Source: Escherichia phage I29 | DNA length: 64,000 nt | Reading direction: 5' to 3' (one strand) | Sequence record: ON286975 | Shown here: piece by piece, positions 1 to 9,483 of the stretch | How positions within the stretch are numbered: the first letter of the stretch is position 1 | How the letters are laid out: each line of letters opens with the position of its first letter | Notes under the pieces: model-generated | Told to the model about the DNA's origin: nothing | What the model saw: the letters and a program-made list of their open reading frames with translations, nothing else | Databases searched by the model: none | Position numbers and translations under genes: made by a program

Positions 1-266
1 TTTTGTTTTCTTTATCCCAACATCTGCTGCAATTTTCCTTGTGCTTGGTGTGAAGCGTGAATTTCCTCCAAGCTTATACCAGTTGTGCAGGTAGCAGTAT
101 ACGATCTTGTCATACAAGTCAAGAACAACAACCTCCCCAGTTGTGTCATTCAAAACTTTTGACATAGATAGTATTTCAAGGGGGACTTTAAGATATAGCA
201 GCTTATCCCCATCTTTCATATCTCCTGATTCTCCTTGTGTGGCAATTTTCTTTAAAATAGCAGGGA

Positions 267-821
267 TTACTCCCTGCTGTCAATATCAAAACTCATTGCA
301 ATACGGTATGCCTCTTCTAATGGTAAGAGTCTCCCCCACACATCCCAACCGACATCAAGCTGCCTGCCAAACAACTGTTGTGTGGTTCCGTGAGCATGAC
401 CGAACAGTTGGACTGATCCGTGAGGCTTTCTGTTCCACTTTGCAAACTGGTAATGGCTCATACAGATCAAATTCTTGTTGTGGCGAAGCTCGTAATAATC
501 TACAACCTCATGACCGAACTCTTTCATAATTCTGACAGTCGTCCTTGTGTCATGGTTGCCACGAACAAGAATAATATGTCCGTTCAACATATTTAGAATA
601 TCTGGAAGTAAGTTGTTGATATTCTTATCATTAGTGCACGCAATATCTCCCAAGTGGAACACAGTGTCTGCAGGTGACACAACAGAGTTCCACTTGGCGA
701 TGATTCCCGCATTCATACTGTCAAGATTGTGATCATACTGAGATCTGTGTTTTTGACATGAATCAAACTCCATGACCCGCTGGTGGAGAAAGTGTGTGTC
801 GCTTGTTACAAAGTATTTCAT
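267..821 (-). CDS. calcineurin-like metallophosphoesterase (Ser/Thr phosphatase or polynucleotide 3'-phosphatase)
   Basis: Motifs SDTHF, HLGDI, RGNHD, FGHAHG; start taken at internal MKYFVTSDTH rather than the track start at 926. Confidence 0.6.
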   Translation of the reverse strand: MKYFVTSDTHFLHQRVMEFDSCQKHRSQYDHNLDSMNAGIIAKWNSVVSPADTVFHLGDIACTNDKNINNLLPDILNMLNGHIILVRGNHDTRTTVRIMKEFGHEVVDYYELRHNKNLICMSHYQFAKWNRKPHGSVQLFGHAHGTTQQLFGRQLDVGWDVWGRLLPLEEAYRIAMSFDIDSRE

Positions 822-828
822 ACATTCC

Positions 829-1239
829 TCATTTAAGTTTAATGCAGTTTTTAAGCTGGCGTTCCATACGATCCACAACCTTGTCTGGAACATCATGAAT
901 GCTTTTATTACCGTGGCGGTTTTCAACCACGATCACGGTATAACTATACCCATGACTGATTGCCATGTCAACATATTCCTGCACATGTTTTTCTTTTGTA
1001 AACGTATTACTTACCACGATACGGTCGTATCCCATACGCATCATATCTTCTACGTTATCTTTGCACCATTTTGCTGCGAGTGTTACTTTACTTGCATCCC
1101 AGTTGTAATTGCCGTCATCGTCATACCAGAACATGTCGTTCTCAAAATGTGGATACAGACCCTCTAAAGATAGCGCATTTGCCAGTGTTGATTTGCCAGA
1201 CCCTGGTAGACCACGCACGATATATAGCATTTTAGACAT
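829..1239 (-). CDS. P-loop polynucleotide kinase-like protein (Pnk kinase domain-like)
   Basis: Walker A GLPGSGKST at N-terminus, T4 Pnk-like layout; start taken at MSKMLYIV with GGAGG RBS. Confidence 0.55.
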   Translation of the reverse strand: MSKMLYIVRGLPGSGKSTLANALSLEGLYPHFENDMFWYDDDGNYNWDASKVTLAAKWCKDNVEDMMRMGYDRIVVSNTFTKEKHVQEYVDMAISHGYSYTVIVVENRHGNKSIHDVPDKVVDRMERQLKNCIKLK

Positions 1240-1267
1240 AGTGACCCTCCGTTTTAATTTCAACGGT

Positions 1268-1296
1268 AGTATACCTGACTGTTTTGTTAATTTCAA
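1268..1296 (-). promoter_or_regulatory. sigma70-like promoter for the leftward kinase/phosphatase unit
   Basis: TTGAAA-17-TATACT on the minus strand upstream of the RBS. Confidence 0.5.
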
Positions 1297-1339
1297 GTGT
1301 TGACACTAGGTTATTTGTGTGGCAGGATAGACTGACAAA

Positions 1340-2275
1340 ATGACAAATGAGGAACGTATGATGAAGTATTTTAATGCAGACGACCTAGTTGACAAAGGTC
1401 TTGTAACCAGTAGGTATTACCCAGATCTCGGGTTAAAGATCTATAAATATGCTAGAAAAGTATTTTACAACAATTTATGGCATTTGTCCCCTCGTTTACT
1501 GGAGTGCCGAGGCATTGTTGTAGGTAATGAAGGAAATGTTGTGGCATGGCCCTTCACAAAAGTGTTTAACTTGGGAGAAAACTCCACCAACCTGCCTGAC
1601 AATAAGCTTGTGACTGCGGTAGAGAAAAAGAACGGATTCCTTGGTGTGGTATCATCTCATAAAGGTGACCTATTGTTCTCAACAACCGGGTCTCTTGATT
1701 CTCCATATTGTAACCTTGCAAAGGAAACCATCCAAGAGCAATGTGGTAATTTAGATCTTATCAAGAAGGTTATGGGCAATGAAAACATGACATTCATGTT
1801 TGAAATTTGTCACCCTTCAGATCCGCATATTGTTCAAGAAGACCATGGCGCATATTTGATAGGTTGCAGATATAATGATTCTGGAATAATGCTACCAGAA
1901 GCAGCTTTAGATGGGATTGCCAAATACCTTGGTGCAAAACGTCCTCACACTGTGCGTGAAATCCCGTTCAGCTATGCAAAAGAATTAGCTGCAGAAACAA
2001 GGGGCGAAGGGTATATGATCCGTAAGCCTTACTACCCTTATGACCTGCAGCTGAAGATCAAGTCTCCATACTATTTGGCACGGAAGGCCGTAATGAGGGG
2101 TAAAGCTTGGAAGATTTGGGATGATGATATCTTTAAACGTATTGACGAAGAGTTTTATGGCATGGTAAACTTCATTCGTAGCAATTACACAGAAGATGTG
2201 TGGAACTGCCTCCTGGAGCAGGAACGCCGTGAGATACTTGATTGCTATTTTCACAACGAGGACTATATGCAATGA
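1340..2275 (+). CDS. RNA ligase, T4 Rnl1-like
   Basis: ECRGI, KVFNLGEN and nucleotidyltransferase motif I EKKNGFLG resemble T4 RNA ligase 1. Confidence 0.6.
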   Translation: MTNEERMMKYFNADDLVDKGLVTSRYYPDLGLKIYKYARKVFYNNLWHLSPRLLECRGIVVGNEGNVVAWPFTKVFNLGENSTNLPDNKLVTAVEKKNGFLGVVSSHKGDLLFSTTGSLDSPYCNLAKETIQEQCGNLDLIKKVMGNENMTFMFEICHPSDPHIVQEDHGAYLIGCRYNDSGIMLPEAALDGIAKYLGAKRPHTVREIPFSYAKELAAETRGEGYMIRKPYYPYDLQLKIKSPYYLARKAVMRGKAWKIWDDDIFKRIDEEFYGMVNFIRSNYTEDVWNCLLEQERREILDCYFHNEDYMQ

Positions 2276-2622
2276 AGAAGTTGATTGTGTGGCTAGATGA
2301 CTTGAGAGATCCGTCAAATTACGGAATCCAAGATGCTCTTTGGCTGAAGAACTCTTCTGAGTTCATGGATTTTATTAACGATAATAGAAAGCTCTACAGG
2401 CGCGTTTCTGAGTGGCATTTTGACAATGATCTAGGTGAAGTGCTTGAAGGGTACGACTGCTTCTCTGCGCTAGAGGAGAAACTTGTATTCGGAAAGCCAC
2501 CACTTATTGACAACGTGATTATTTTCGTGCATACTTCTAATCCATCGGCAGCTCGTAAATTTATGCTTGCTGCTGACTCATTCAAGAAGTTTGGAATAGA
2601 GATTAAACAAAACATCTACTGA
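2272..2622 (+). CDS. hypothetical protein
   Basis: ORF with GAGGA RBS, ATGA overlap with upstream stop. Confidence 0.4.
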   Translation: MKKLIVWLDDLRDPSNYGIQDALWLKNSSEFMDFINDNRKLYRRVSEWHFDNDLGEVLEGYDCFSALEEKLVFGKPPLIDNVIIFVHTSNPSAARKFMLAADSFKKFGIEIKQNIY

Positions 2623-2630
2623 GGACACTT

Positions 2631-3392
2631 ATGCGACGACTGATTATTATCTCCGGTGCTGGTTTGAGCGCTGAATCTGGTATTCCCACTTTCCGATCTG
2701 GTAGCACTGCAATGTGGGAGAATTTCAGCATCGATGAGGTGTGCAACATCCACACCTTTGCCAAGAACTACTATAAGGTGCATGACTTTTACAATGCACG
2801 TCGTGTAGCTCTGGGCAGTGTTGATCCTAACCTTGCACATCTTCGGATCGCTGAGTGGTATTCCCGCTGGTCTGGTCGTGTGATCAACCTTACTACCAAT
2901 GTAGATGATTTGCTGGAGCGTGCTGGTGTAAAACATGAAGATATTTTACATGTCCACGGGTATTTGCCTGAAATCACCTACGAAGATGCTGAAGGTAATG
3001 ATGTAATTAAAAATATCGGATACACGGAGGTAGATACAGGCAAGTATACCTGGGTTAAGCCCAATGTAGTGTTCTTCGGTGAGGTTGCTCCTAAGTATAC
3101 AGACATGTATGACCTGTTGACATCTCTCACAAGCAATGATATGGTGATCCTGGTAGGTTGTTCTAACACAGTTATTAATTTTAACTGGGAATTGTTTCCT
3201 GCTACTTGTAAAGGCACAAAACTGCTGATTGTAAACAAGTATGATTCGCAGAGTGCAGATGGAAGTGGCATTTCACGTAGCGACCTTTATCAATATGAGG
3301 ATCGCGGGATCCCTGTATGGTTTAACGGTGCTGTTGACGCTTTCTCTGATAAAGCATTTATTGAAACTGTAGAAAACTTTATGGAACTTTAA
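2631..3392 (+). CDS. Sir2-family NAD-dependent protein (sirtuin-like)
   Basis: GAGLSAESGIPTFRSG NAD-binding motif, HVHG catalytic His region, VVFFGE; no zinc-ribbon cysteines. Confidence 0.75.
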   Translation: MRRLIIISGAGLSAESGIPTFRSGSTAMWENFSIDEVCNIHTFAKNYYKVHDFYNARRVALGSVDPNLAHLRIAEWYSRWSGRVINLTTNVDDLLERAGVKHEDILHVHGYLPEITYEDAEGNDVIKNIGYTEVDTGKYTWVKPNVVFFGEVAPKYTDMYDLLTSLTSNDMVILVGCSNTVINFNWELFPATCKGTKLLIVNKYDSQSADGSGISRSDLYQYEDRGIPVWFNGAVDAFSDKAFIETVENFMEL

Positions 3393-3405
3393 AAGGAGAC
3401 CTTTA

Positions 3406-4119
3406 ATGCTGAATACTAAACTGATCGACAACCTGGAAAAACTGTCCCAGCCTGAAAACTACCTTTGGTCTGCCAACTGGGTGGAAAACTGGAACCGTGT
3501 GGCAGCTAAAGTGAAAAAATCATACACACCATTCGAATTACAGCTTAGCTTCATTGAGGAAGAGTTCAATGAGGTTTTGGAAGAGCTGGAGAAAGGTGAT
3601 GGTGGAGATCACCTGCTAAAAGAGGCCTGCGATCTTCACGTTGTCACAAGTTATGCAGCTTATCTTGTTAATGATAACCACGAAAAGTGGTCAAACCTGT
3701 TTGATAATCCGCGAGGTCTTAAGTTCAAGATCGGTGAGTTCTATGATACACTGATCGCTGCGAAAAACACATCCAAGCAAAGAGCGTCAGCTTACCGACT
3801 AGCGGAGTTATCAACAGCTTTGCTGTTCCAGCTTAGCGGGGATGTGTGTGGGATGATGCGGAAGGTTCTAAAATCTAATGACAGTAAGTTTGCACGGATC
3901 AACCATCTACGGCATTCACACGGTGCCAGTGCAGATATGCCTGCTGAACAACTCATCGAGTTGGAGATTAAAGATCTTGAGCGTCGTTTTGGTGGTCGCT
4001 ACGAAGGTTTCGTTGCTAAAGAGGAGTTCTACAACGGCAATAAAGTTATTATATTCCTTGACAGTAAAGGTAAGATTATGAAGCCTTCGAGCTTCAAGGA
4101 TGTAACAGAGTATATTTAA
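3406..4119 (+). CDS. MazG-like nucleotide pyrophosphohydrolase (tentative)
   Basis: Acidic helical EEEFNEVLEELEKGD motif. Confidence 0.35.
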   Translation: MLNTKLIDNLEKLSQPENYLWSANWVENWNRVAAKVKKSYTPFELQLSFIEEEFNEVLEELEKGDGGDHLLKEACDLHVVTSYAAYLVNDNHEKWSNLFDNPRGLKFKIGEFYDTLIAAKNTSKQRASAYRLAELSTALLFQLSGDVCGMMRKVLKSNDSKFARINHLRHSHGASADMPAEQLIELEIKDLERRFGGRYEGFVAKEEFYNGNKVIIFLDSKGKIMKPSSFKDVTEYI

Positions 4120-4125
4120 CAACAT

Positions 4126-4150
4126 AGCCGGGATTACCCGGCTTTACTTA
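4126..4150 (+). terminator. intrinsic terminator-like hairpin
   Basis: agccggg-atta-cccggct stem-loop then T-rich tail. Confidence 0.45.
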
Positions 4151-4181
4151 TTATGGAAAGTATGCAGTGAGGTAGTCAGTT

Positions 4182-4490
4182 ATGTACAAGCATTCCAGAG
4201 ATCTTGAAAAAGATGCTGTGTTTGGCGACCAGATGAAGGAGCTGATCAAACTTATTGGTAGAATGGAAGATAAGTTTGACACTAAAATCTACATCGATAG
4301 CAAGGTCTTCAACCACAAAATATGGACAAATGTGTGTGTTGGGCTACATGGTGATAAAGATATTGTAAATTTGGTTGTAATAAAGTTCATAGTGTGGCAG
4401 AATAGGACTATACGTTATTACGACCCACACTTACTTGTTTATCCTATAAAAGACCTACTACAGAAGGAGGACTGCAATGCCGTTATTTAA
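4182..4490 (+). CDS. hypothetical protein
   Basis: ORF in arm orientation. Confidence 0.4.
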   Translation: MYKHSRDLEKDAVFGDQMKELIKLIGRMEDKFDTKIYIDSKVFNHKIWTNVCVGLHGDKDIVNLVVIKFIVWQNRTIRYYDPHLLVYPIKDLLQKEDCNAVI

Positions 4491-4746
4491 TCTTGCTAAA
4501 CCTGTAGAAGCACATCAGTTTGACGGAAGCTCTTCATCAGTATCTGATCTGCAACGGTGGATTGATACAGGTGTGTTTACATCGTCACCTGTTCGGACCA
4601 GAGATCTTCGTCGCATGTGTGAGCTTGTCGAGCCTTTTGGTAACCTTGTCTTGTACCAGGGAGATTGGCTAGTTGACTTTATGGGAGACTGGTTGGTAAT
4701 GAGTAAAGAAGAGATGTTTAAAATTTTTAAGGAAGAGGCCGAGTAA
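4477..4746 (+). CDS. hypothetical protein
   Basis: ORF in arm orientation, overlapping starts/stops. Confidence 0.4.
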   Translation: MPLFNLAKPVEAHQFDGSSSSVSDLQRWIDTGVFTSSPVRTRDLRRMCELVEPFGNLVLYQGDWLVDFMGDWLVMSKEEMFKIFKEEAE

Positions 4747-6029
4747 TGCATCAGATCAAAACAACACTGTACGCACTGAATAAAGATGGCAGCTACCAAC
4801 AGTGGAAAGTATTCACGGATGGTGATAAGGTTATCGTAGAGTTTGGCAAGCTTGATGGTAAACTGCAGTACAAAGAGACGGTATGCACACCTAAGAACGT
4901 AGGTCGTGCCAACGAGACTACAGCTGAGCAACAGGCCGAGCTTGAGGCTATCAGCAAGTGGGAAAAACAAGTCCGTCTGGGGTATGTTGAAAACATGGAA
5001 GATTGCGAGCAGGGTGTTGATCTTTTACCCATGCTGGTGCATGACTACCTGAAGCGTGGCAAGGCACTTAAATTACCTTGCTGGATCTTGCGTAAGTTAG
5101 ATGGCCTTCGTCTGCTTGTTGTTTTCCAAAATGGTGAGCCTAAATTTATTTCCCGTGGTAATAAGTCCTACCCTATTCAAGGAAAGCTTTTAGAGCAACT
5201 TCGTTCTTTCCATTCTACCACTGGGATTAAACAACTTGATGGGGAACTATACATTCATGGTCTTCCTTTGCAGAAAATAGTGTCTCTTGCTAAACGGTGG
5301 CGCACACAGGAAGAGATTCAGGCCGAGATCGATAAAGACTATGAGGCAGATAAAAAACGCCGTCATGCAGCAATTAAGGCAGGTTTATCAACATACAAAA
5401 ACTTCAACAAGGTAGATATTCCTGTCGATGTTGAGCCTGTTCGTGATGATTTGCGTTACGGTGGGTACTGTAGCTACGATCTGGAGTATCACATTTTTGA
5501 TATTCCTAGCGACAAGGTGTGGTGGGATCCAGAAACAGAGTCTGGACGCTGCAAGGATCTTATGGATGCAGAGGATACCGTTACCACTCTGATGCTTGAC
5601 CATATCAAGGTTGTTGACGCAGAGCTTGCGTACACAGTTGATCATTGCGAAGAATCTGTTGGTATATTCATGTCCGAAGGATATGAAGGTACTATCATGC
5701 GTAATTTCTGCGGTAAATACGAGTACGGTCAGCGAACATCTGAAGCATTGAAATGGAAAAAGTTCAACGACGCAGAGGTGAAAGTTATTGACGTTGAGAA
5801 AGATAAGAATGATGAAGGTGTTCTTATCTGTGTTGACAAGGAAGGTGTTATTGTTAAAATGAAGATGAAAGGCACGCACGAGGAGCGTAGCTATGACAGG
5901 ATGCAGGAAATGATCGGCAAGTTTGTCACCTTCAAATATCAATCAAGGACAGAAGACAACAACTACCAATTCCCTGTCGGTATCTGCGTCCGAAATGTTG
6001 ACCCAGACACTTGGGAGGTTCTGGAATGA
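4746..6029 (+). CDS. ATP-dependent DNA ligase (T7-like)
   Basis: Motif I KLDGLR, EGTIMR and ALKWKK motifs as in T7 DNA ligase. Confidence 0.7.
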   Translation: MHQIKTTLYALNKDGSYQQWKVFTDGDKVIVEFGKLDGKLQYKETVCTPKNVGRANETTAEQQAELEAISKWEKQVRLGYVENMEDCEQGVDLLPMLVHDYLKRGKALKLPCWILRKLDGLRLLVVFQNGEPKFISRGNKSYPIQGKLLEQLRSFHSTTGIKQLDGELYIHGLPLQKIVSLAKRWRTQEEIQAEIDKDYEADKKRRHAAIKAGLSTYKNFNKVDIPVDVEPVRDDLRYGGYCSYDLEYHIFDIPSDKVWWDPETESGRCKDLMDAEDTVTTLMLDHIKVVDAELAYTVDHCEESVGIFMSEGYEGTIMRNFCGKYEYGQRTSEALKWKKFNDAEVKVIDVEKDKNDEGVLICVDKEGVIVKMKMKGTHEERSYDRMQEMIGKFVTFKYQSRTEDNNYQFPVGICVRNVDPDTWEVLE

Positions 6030-6153
6030 TGTAGGAAGGTTTAGTAGGTAACGGTAGCCAATCGAATGATGGTTTTTCAATTGGCACCTACATAACCACA
6101 CTGTGTAGTGTTGTTGATCTGGTTAGTTATGAGTAAACTGGAGAGTATGAAAA

Positions 6154-6624
6154 ATGAAACTTGATAAAAATGTTCAACGAAAAGCTTTCTTGGATATGAT
6201 CGCATATTCAGAAGGCACAGATAATGGTAGACAACCCACCAAGGATCGGGGCTATGATGTCATAGTTGGTGGCAAGCTGTTTAGCGATTACAGCAAGCAT
6301 CCAGGTGTGTACGTTAAGCTAAATGCTAAACTTACCTCCTCCGCTGCTGGGCGTTACCAGGTTTTGGAGAAGTTTGCTAAACACTACATGGAACAGTTAG
6401 GATTGCCAGATTTTGGCCCTGCCAGTCAGGACAAGATTGCGTTGCAACTGATCCGTGAGTGCAAGGCTCTCGCCGACATTGACGAAGGGCGTATCCACGA
6501 GGCTATCCATAAATGCCGTTCCCGCTGGGCTTCGTTACCTGGTGCTGGATATGGTCAGCATGAACAGAAGATTGAGAAGTTGATCGAGGTGTTTAAAAAG
6601 GCAGGCGGTGTTGTCCTTGATTGA
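6154..6624 (+). CDS. endolysin, lambda R-like lytic transglycosylase
   Basis: QRKAFLDMIAYSEGTDNGRQ, YDVIVGG, AGRYQ, ASLPGAGYGQHEQK closely match lambda R. Confidence 0.9.
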   Translation: MKLDKNVQRKAFLDMIAYSEGTDNGRQPTKDRGYDVIVGGKLFSDYSKHPGVYVKLNAKLTSSAAGRYQVLEKFAKHYMEQLGLPDFGPASQDKIALQLIRECKALADIDEGRIHEAIHKCRSRWASLPGAGYGQHEQKIEKLIEVFKKAGGVVLD

Positions 6625-6627
6625 TCA

Positions 6628-6656
6628 TTGACATAACCACACGGACGTGGTATTGT
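6628..6656 (+). promoter_or_regulatory. sigma70-like promoter
   Basis: TTGACA-17-TATTGT upstream of 6688 ORF. Confidence 0.5.
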
Positions 6657-6687
6657 TGCCTCATAGAATGTTCGAAAGGGTTTAACC

Positions 6688-6894
6688 ATGAAAGATTTTC
6701 TGTTGGCAATTTTGTTCATGGCAGCATGTCTGGCCTGTGGTGTCGTGTTTGCAGGTGAAACAGCGTATCTTGTCGATGTATATCGGGACAATGGTAAACG
6801 TATTTGCCTTTATGAGACAAGCCAAGGTGAGCTCTACGAGCTTGTGAAACAAGGCGAGGCTGGATCTTGTCCTCGCACCCATTTCTTTGAATGA
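6688..6894 (+). CDS. small putative lipoprotein or secreted protein
   Basis: N-terminal hydrophobic segment ending in Cys-containing lipobox-like AACLAC. Confidence 0.4.
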   Translation: MKDFLLAILFMAACLACGVVFAGETAYLVDVYRDNGKRICLYETSQGELYELVKQGEAGSCPRTHFFE

Positions 6895-6903
6895 GGAGAA
6901 TAC

Positions 6904-7368
6904 GTGGAAGACGGACGTTTAATGAAGTCTGAACGCAGGCTTATTGTGCAACTGATCCCAGAAACAGCTTGGTATAATAACCTACGAAACGCTGTGAAGA
7001 AGAGTGAGTGGGATAAGATCCGTAAGAAGTGCTACAGAGAAGCCAACTACACTTGTGAGGTGTGCGGAGGTAAAGGCAGCAAACATCCAGTGGAGTGTCA
7101 TGAACTTTACACTTTCGAAGAGGGAGTGATCCGGCTTGTCGGACTGATAGCGTTGTGCCCAGATTGTCACACATCTGTGCATCCTGGGTTAGCAAATATC
7201 CGTGGAAAGTATGCTCAGGCAGTTAATCAGTTGGCTAAGGTGAATAAGATCACCAAGGGTATGGCAGAGGCCTATTACCGAGACTGCTTTGCAGAGTGGC
7301 GTGAGCTTAGTAAAGTTCCAGAATGGAAGACTGACTTTTCGTGGATAGAAGGTTACCTTGATGGCTAA
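6904..7368 (+). CDS. HNH-family zinc-finger nuclease-like protein
   Basis: CEVCGG...ECHELY...CPDCHTSVH pattern. Confidence 0.4.
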   Translation: MEDGRLMKSERRLIVQLIPETAWYNNLRNAVKKSEWDKIRKKCYREANYTCEVCGGKGSKHPVECHELYTFEEGVIRLVGLIALCPDCHTSVHPGLANIRGKYAQAVNQLAKVNKITKGMAEAYYRDCFAEWRELSKVPEWKTDFSWIEGYLDG

Positions 7369-7651
7369 GAAACCTGCAAAAGAGAAATTTGATAAGACAG
7401 CTTTTGTATTCGATACACCTCTGGACGATATCATCAGAGGTATGCAAGCCTTGTATCGGAAGTCTGAATCTGAGCAGTTGTCGGAATCAGAGCTTTACTG
7501 GTTGGGTTGGTGGGAGCTTAATCTACCTAAAGCTGAAAGCTCTGATCTAAAAACCGTTAAAACGTGTGCCCAAGAAAATGCTGCACTTGGAATTTACCAC
7601 AAAAGAAAAAGATCAACAAAAAGCTCTCCAAGAAAGACTAAAAAGTCTTGA
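7358..7651 (+). CDS. hypothetical basic protein
   Basis: ORF in arm orientation. Confidence 0.35.
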   Translation: MMAKKPAKEKFDKTAFVFDTPLDDIIRGMQALYRKSESEQLSESELYWLGWWELNLPKAESSDLKTVKTCAQENAALGIYHKRKRSTKSSPRKTKKS

Positions 7652-7677
7652 CAAATGAGTCTCTGATCTGATATTAT
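7648..7677 (+). promoter_or_regulatory. sigma70-like promoter
   Basis: TTGACA-17/18-TATTAT. Confidence 0.55.
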
Positions 7678-7710
7678 CAGTTAACTATTTATTAACTAGG
7701 AGAACTAGGT

Positions 7711-8019
7711 ATGCTTAAAATTTTTATTGTTGAAGATAAAGATATCGTCCAGTTGTATGCAAATGAGAATCACAAAGGTATGATTCTGAAGAAGGCAAGC
7801 AACCTTCATGAAAACACAATTCAACCTGGCGATGTAATTAAGATCTGTGGCTATCTGATACCAGACTCCTTGATGAAAATAACCCACCACTGGGGGTCTA
7901 ATCCGTTCCTTTTTGAAAAGTATTGGGATGTTGAGTCACTTATTGCAGAAAGTGATGATGCATTTCATTACAGCATCCAACCATCTTGCAGAGTAACTAA
8001 CAGGAGGGGCTTTGAGTAG
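7711..8019 (+). CDS. hypothetical protein
   Basis: ORF downstream of promoter, AGGAGA RBS. Confidence 0.45.
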   Translation: MLKIFIVEDKDIVQLYANENHKGMILKKASNLHENTIQPGDVIKICGYLIPDSLMKITHHWGSNPFLFEKYWDVESLIAESDDAFHYSIQPSCRVTNRRGFE

Positions 8020-9151
8020 AGAATATCCACTTATTGAATCTGTAGATTGTCTTGCTGATCTTCTCGAACCTGACGCTATAGTTTATTATGACTTCGACCA
8101 GGTTGCATATCAAGCTGCGGCAAGTTGTGAAAAAAGGACAATTGAGGTAACACACAAAGCCTCCGGACGCAAGAAGATGTTTAAAACACGAACAGAGTTC
8201 TGGGGGCGGCAGAAGAACACCGTTGGTGGTTGGTTAAAAGCTGAGAATACCAACCGTGAAGCCGCATGTAAAAAGGCTGGAAAGGAGTTTATTCCGTGGA
8301 CACGCGAAGATTTCGATGTCTTGGATATCCAAACCCCTGATCCTGTAGAGAACTGCTTACACACAATTAAGTGTAAAGCTAATGCAGTTCTTAACTATCT
8401 AGGTATTCCGGAAGAGCGATGTGTCGGGGTGTTGGGAGGCACAGGTAACTTCAGACTAGATCTTCCAATGCCGGAAAGATACAAGGCCAACCGTAACAAT
8501 ACTCTTCGACCACTGCTGCTTGGAGATGCAAGACAGTATCTACAAAAGCAGTATAATGCTCAAGTGATCAACGGTATCGAGGCTGACGACTGGTTAGCTA
8601 TTCAGCAATTTGAAGGTTGGAACCACTACCAAAAAACAGGTAAGTTCAACAAGTTTATTATCTCTATTGATAAGGACCAAAGAACACTACCTGGGCTTGT
8701 GTTCGATCCCATGCGAAACGATAAGGGGGATTTTGTAAGGGAAACCCCTATGCTGATCGATAACGGTATGGGGAACATCTTCATGAAGCCTAATGGAGAG
8801 GTTGGTGGTTACGGAATGCTGTTCTTCGGATACCAAATGCTGTGTGGTGACTCTGCTGACAACATTAAGCCGTATCAAGGACTTATCGGTAAGGGTAAGT
8901 TCGGGGATGCCTCAGCATTCTACCTACTGTCTCAGTGCAGCACTCCAAAGGAGATGTGGGTGGCTATTATTGATCAGTACAAGAAGTGGTTCCCGAAAGG
9001 TGTTGTTAAGTATACTGACTTCAATGGTGTTGATCGTAGAATTTCCGTAGGTCAATGGATGAGTATAATTTTTGACTGTTTGTATATGAAGCGAACATTC
9101 AATGATCAAACAAAACTTGTTAACGTTCTTAGAAATGTTGGAGCAATTTGA
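8012..9151 (+). CDS. 5'-3' exonuclease / flap endonuclease (T4 RNase H-like)
   Basis: IVYYDFDQVAY, GIEADDWLAI, ISIDKDQRTL, GDSADNIKP resemble T4 RNase H / FEN. Confidence 0.75.
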   Translation: MSREYPLIESVDCLADLLEPDAIVYYDFDQVAYQAAASCEKRTIEVTHKASGRKKMFKTRTEFWGRQKNTVGGWLKAENTNREAACKKAGKEFIPWTREDFDVLDIQTPDPVENCLHTIKCKANAVLNYLGIPEERCVGVLGGTGNFRLDLPMPERYKANRNNTLRPLLLGDARQYLQKQYNAQVINGIEADDWLAIQQFEGWNHYQKTGKFNKFIISIDKDQRTLPGLVFDPMRNDKGDFVRETPMLIDNGMGNIFMKPNGEVGGYGMLFFGYQMLCGDSADNIKPYQGLIGKGKFGDASAFYLLSQCSTPKEMWVAIIDQYKKWFPKGVVKYTDFNGVDRRISVGQWMSIIFDCLYMKRTFNDQTKLVNVLRNVGAI

Positions 9152-9483
9152 TGACTAAAAATTCTGTAGATAATGCAATTATGGAAGCTGTTTTTGAGGA
9201 TGATCATACAACAGGGACCATTAAAACAAAAAATACATTTATTGTTGCCACAGGTATGTGGCGGTTGTATGAAGATGACACTATTTCATACATCCTGTAC
9301 ACGGATGATTACGCAGATGACCGTGTATGGTCTGCTGTTTTAAAAGAGGATTGTGAGCTGATTGAGGGCGAGCGGTTATGCATGTTCACCAGTGTGGAAA
9401 CAGATGTTAAGCTTTGCTCTCTCGTCCTGTTCAAAGATAAGGCTTATGCTCCTGATGAAGGAGAGGAGGATGAGGAAGCATGA
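9148..9483 (+). CDS. hypothetical acidic protein
   Basis: ORF with ATGA overlap. Confidence 0.45.
   Translation: MMTKNSVDNAIMEAVFEDDHTTGTIKTKNTFIVATGMWRLYEDDTISYILYTDDYADDRVWSAVLKEDCELIEGERLCMFTSVETDVKLCSLVLFKDKAYAPDEGEEDEEA

Noticed and set aside
267-926. Track start of the phosphoesterase at 926
   Set aside because: It would overlap the kinase gene by ~100 nt in another frame; the internal MKYFVTSDTH start fits the metallophosphoesterase N-terminus
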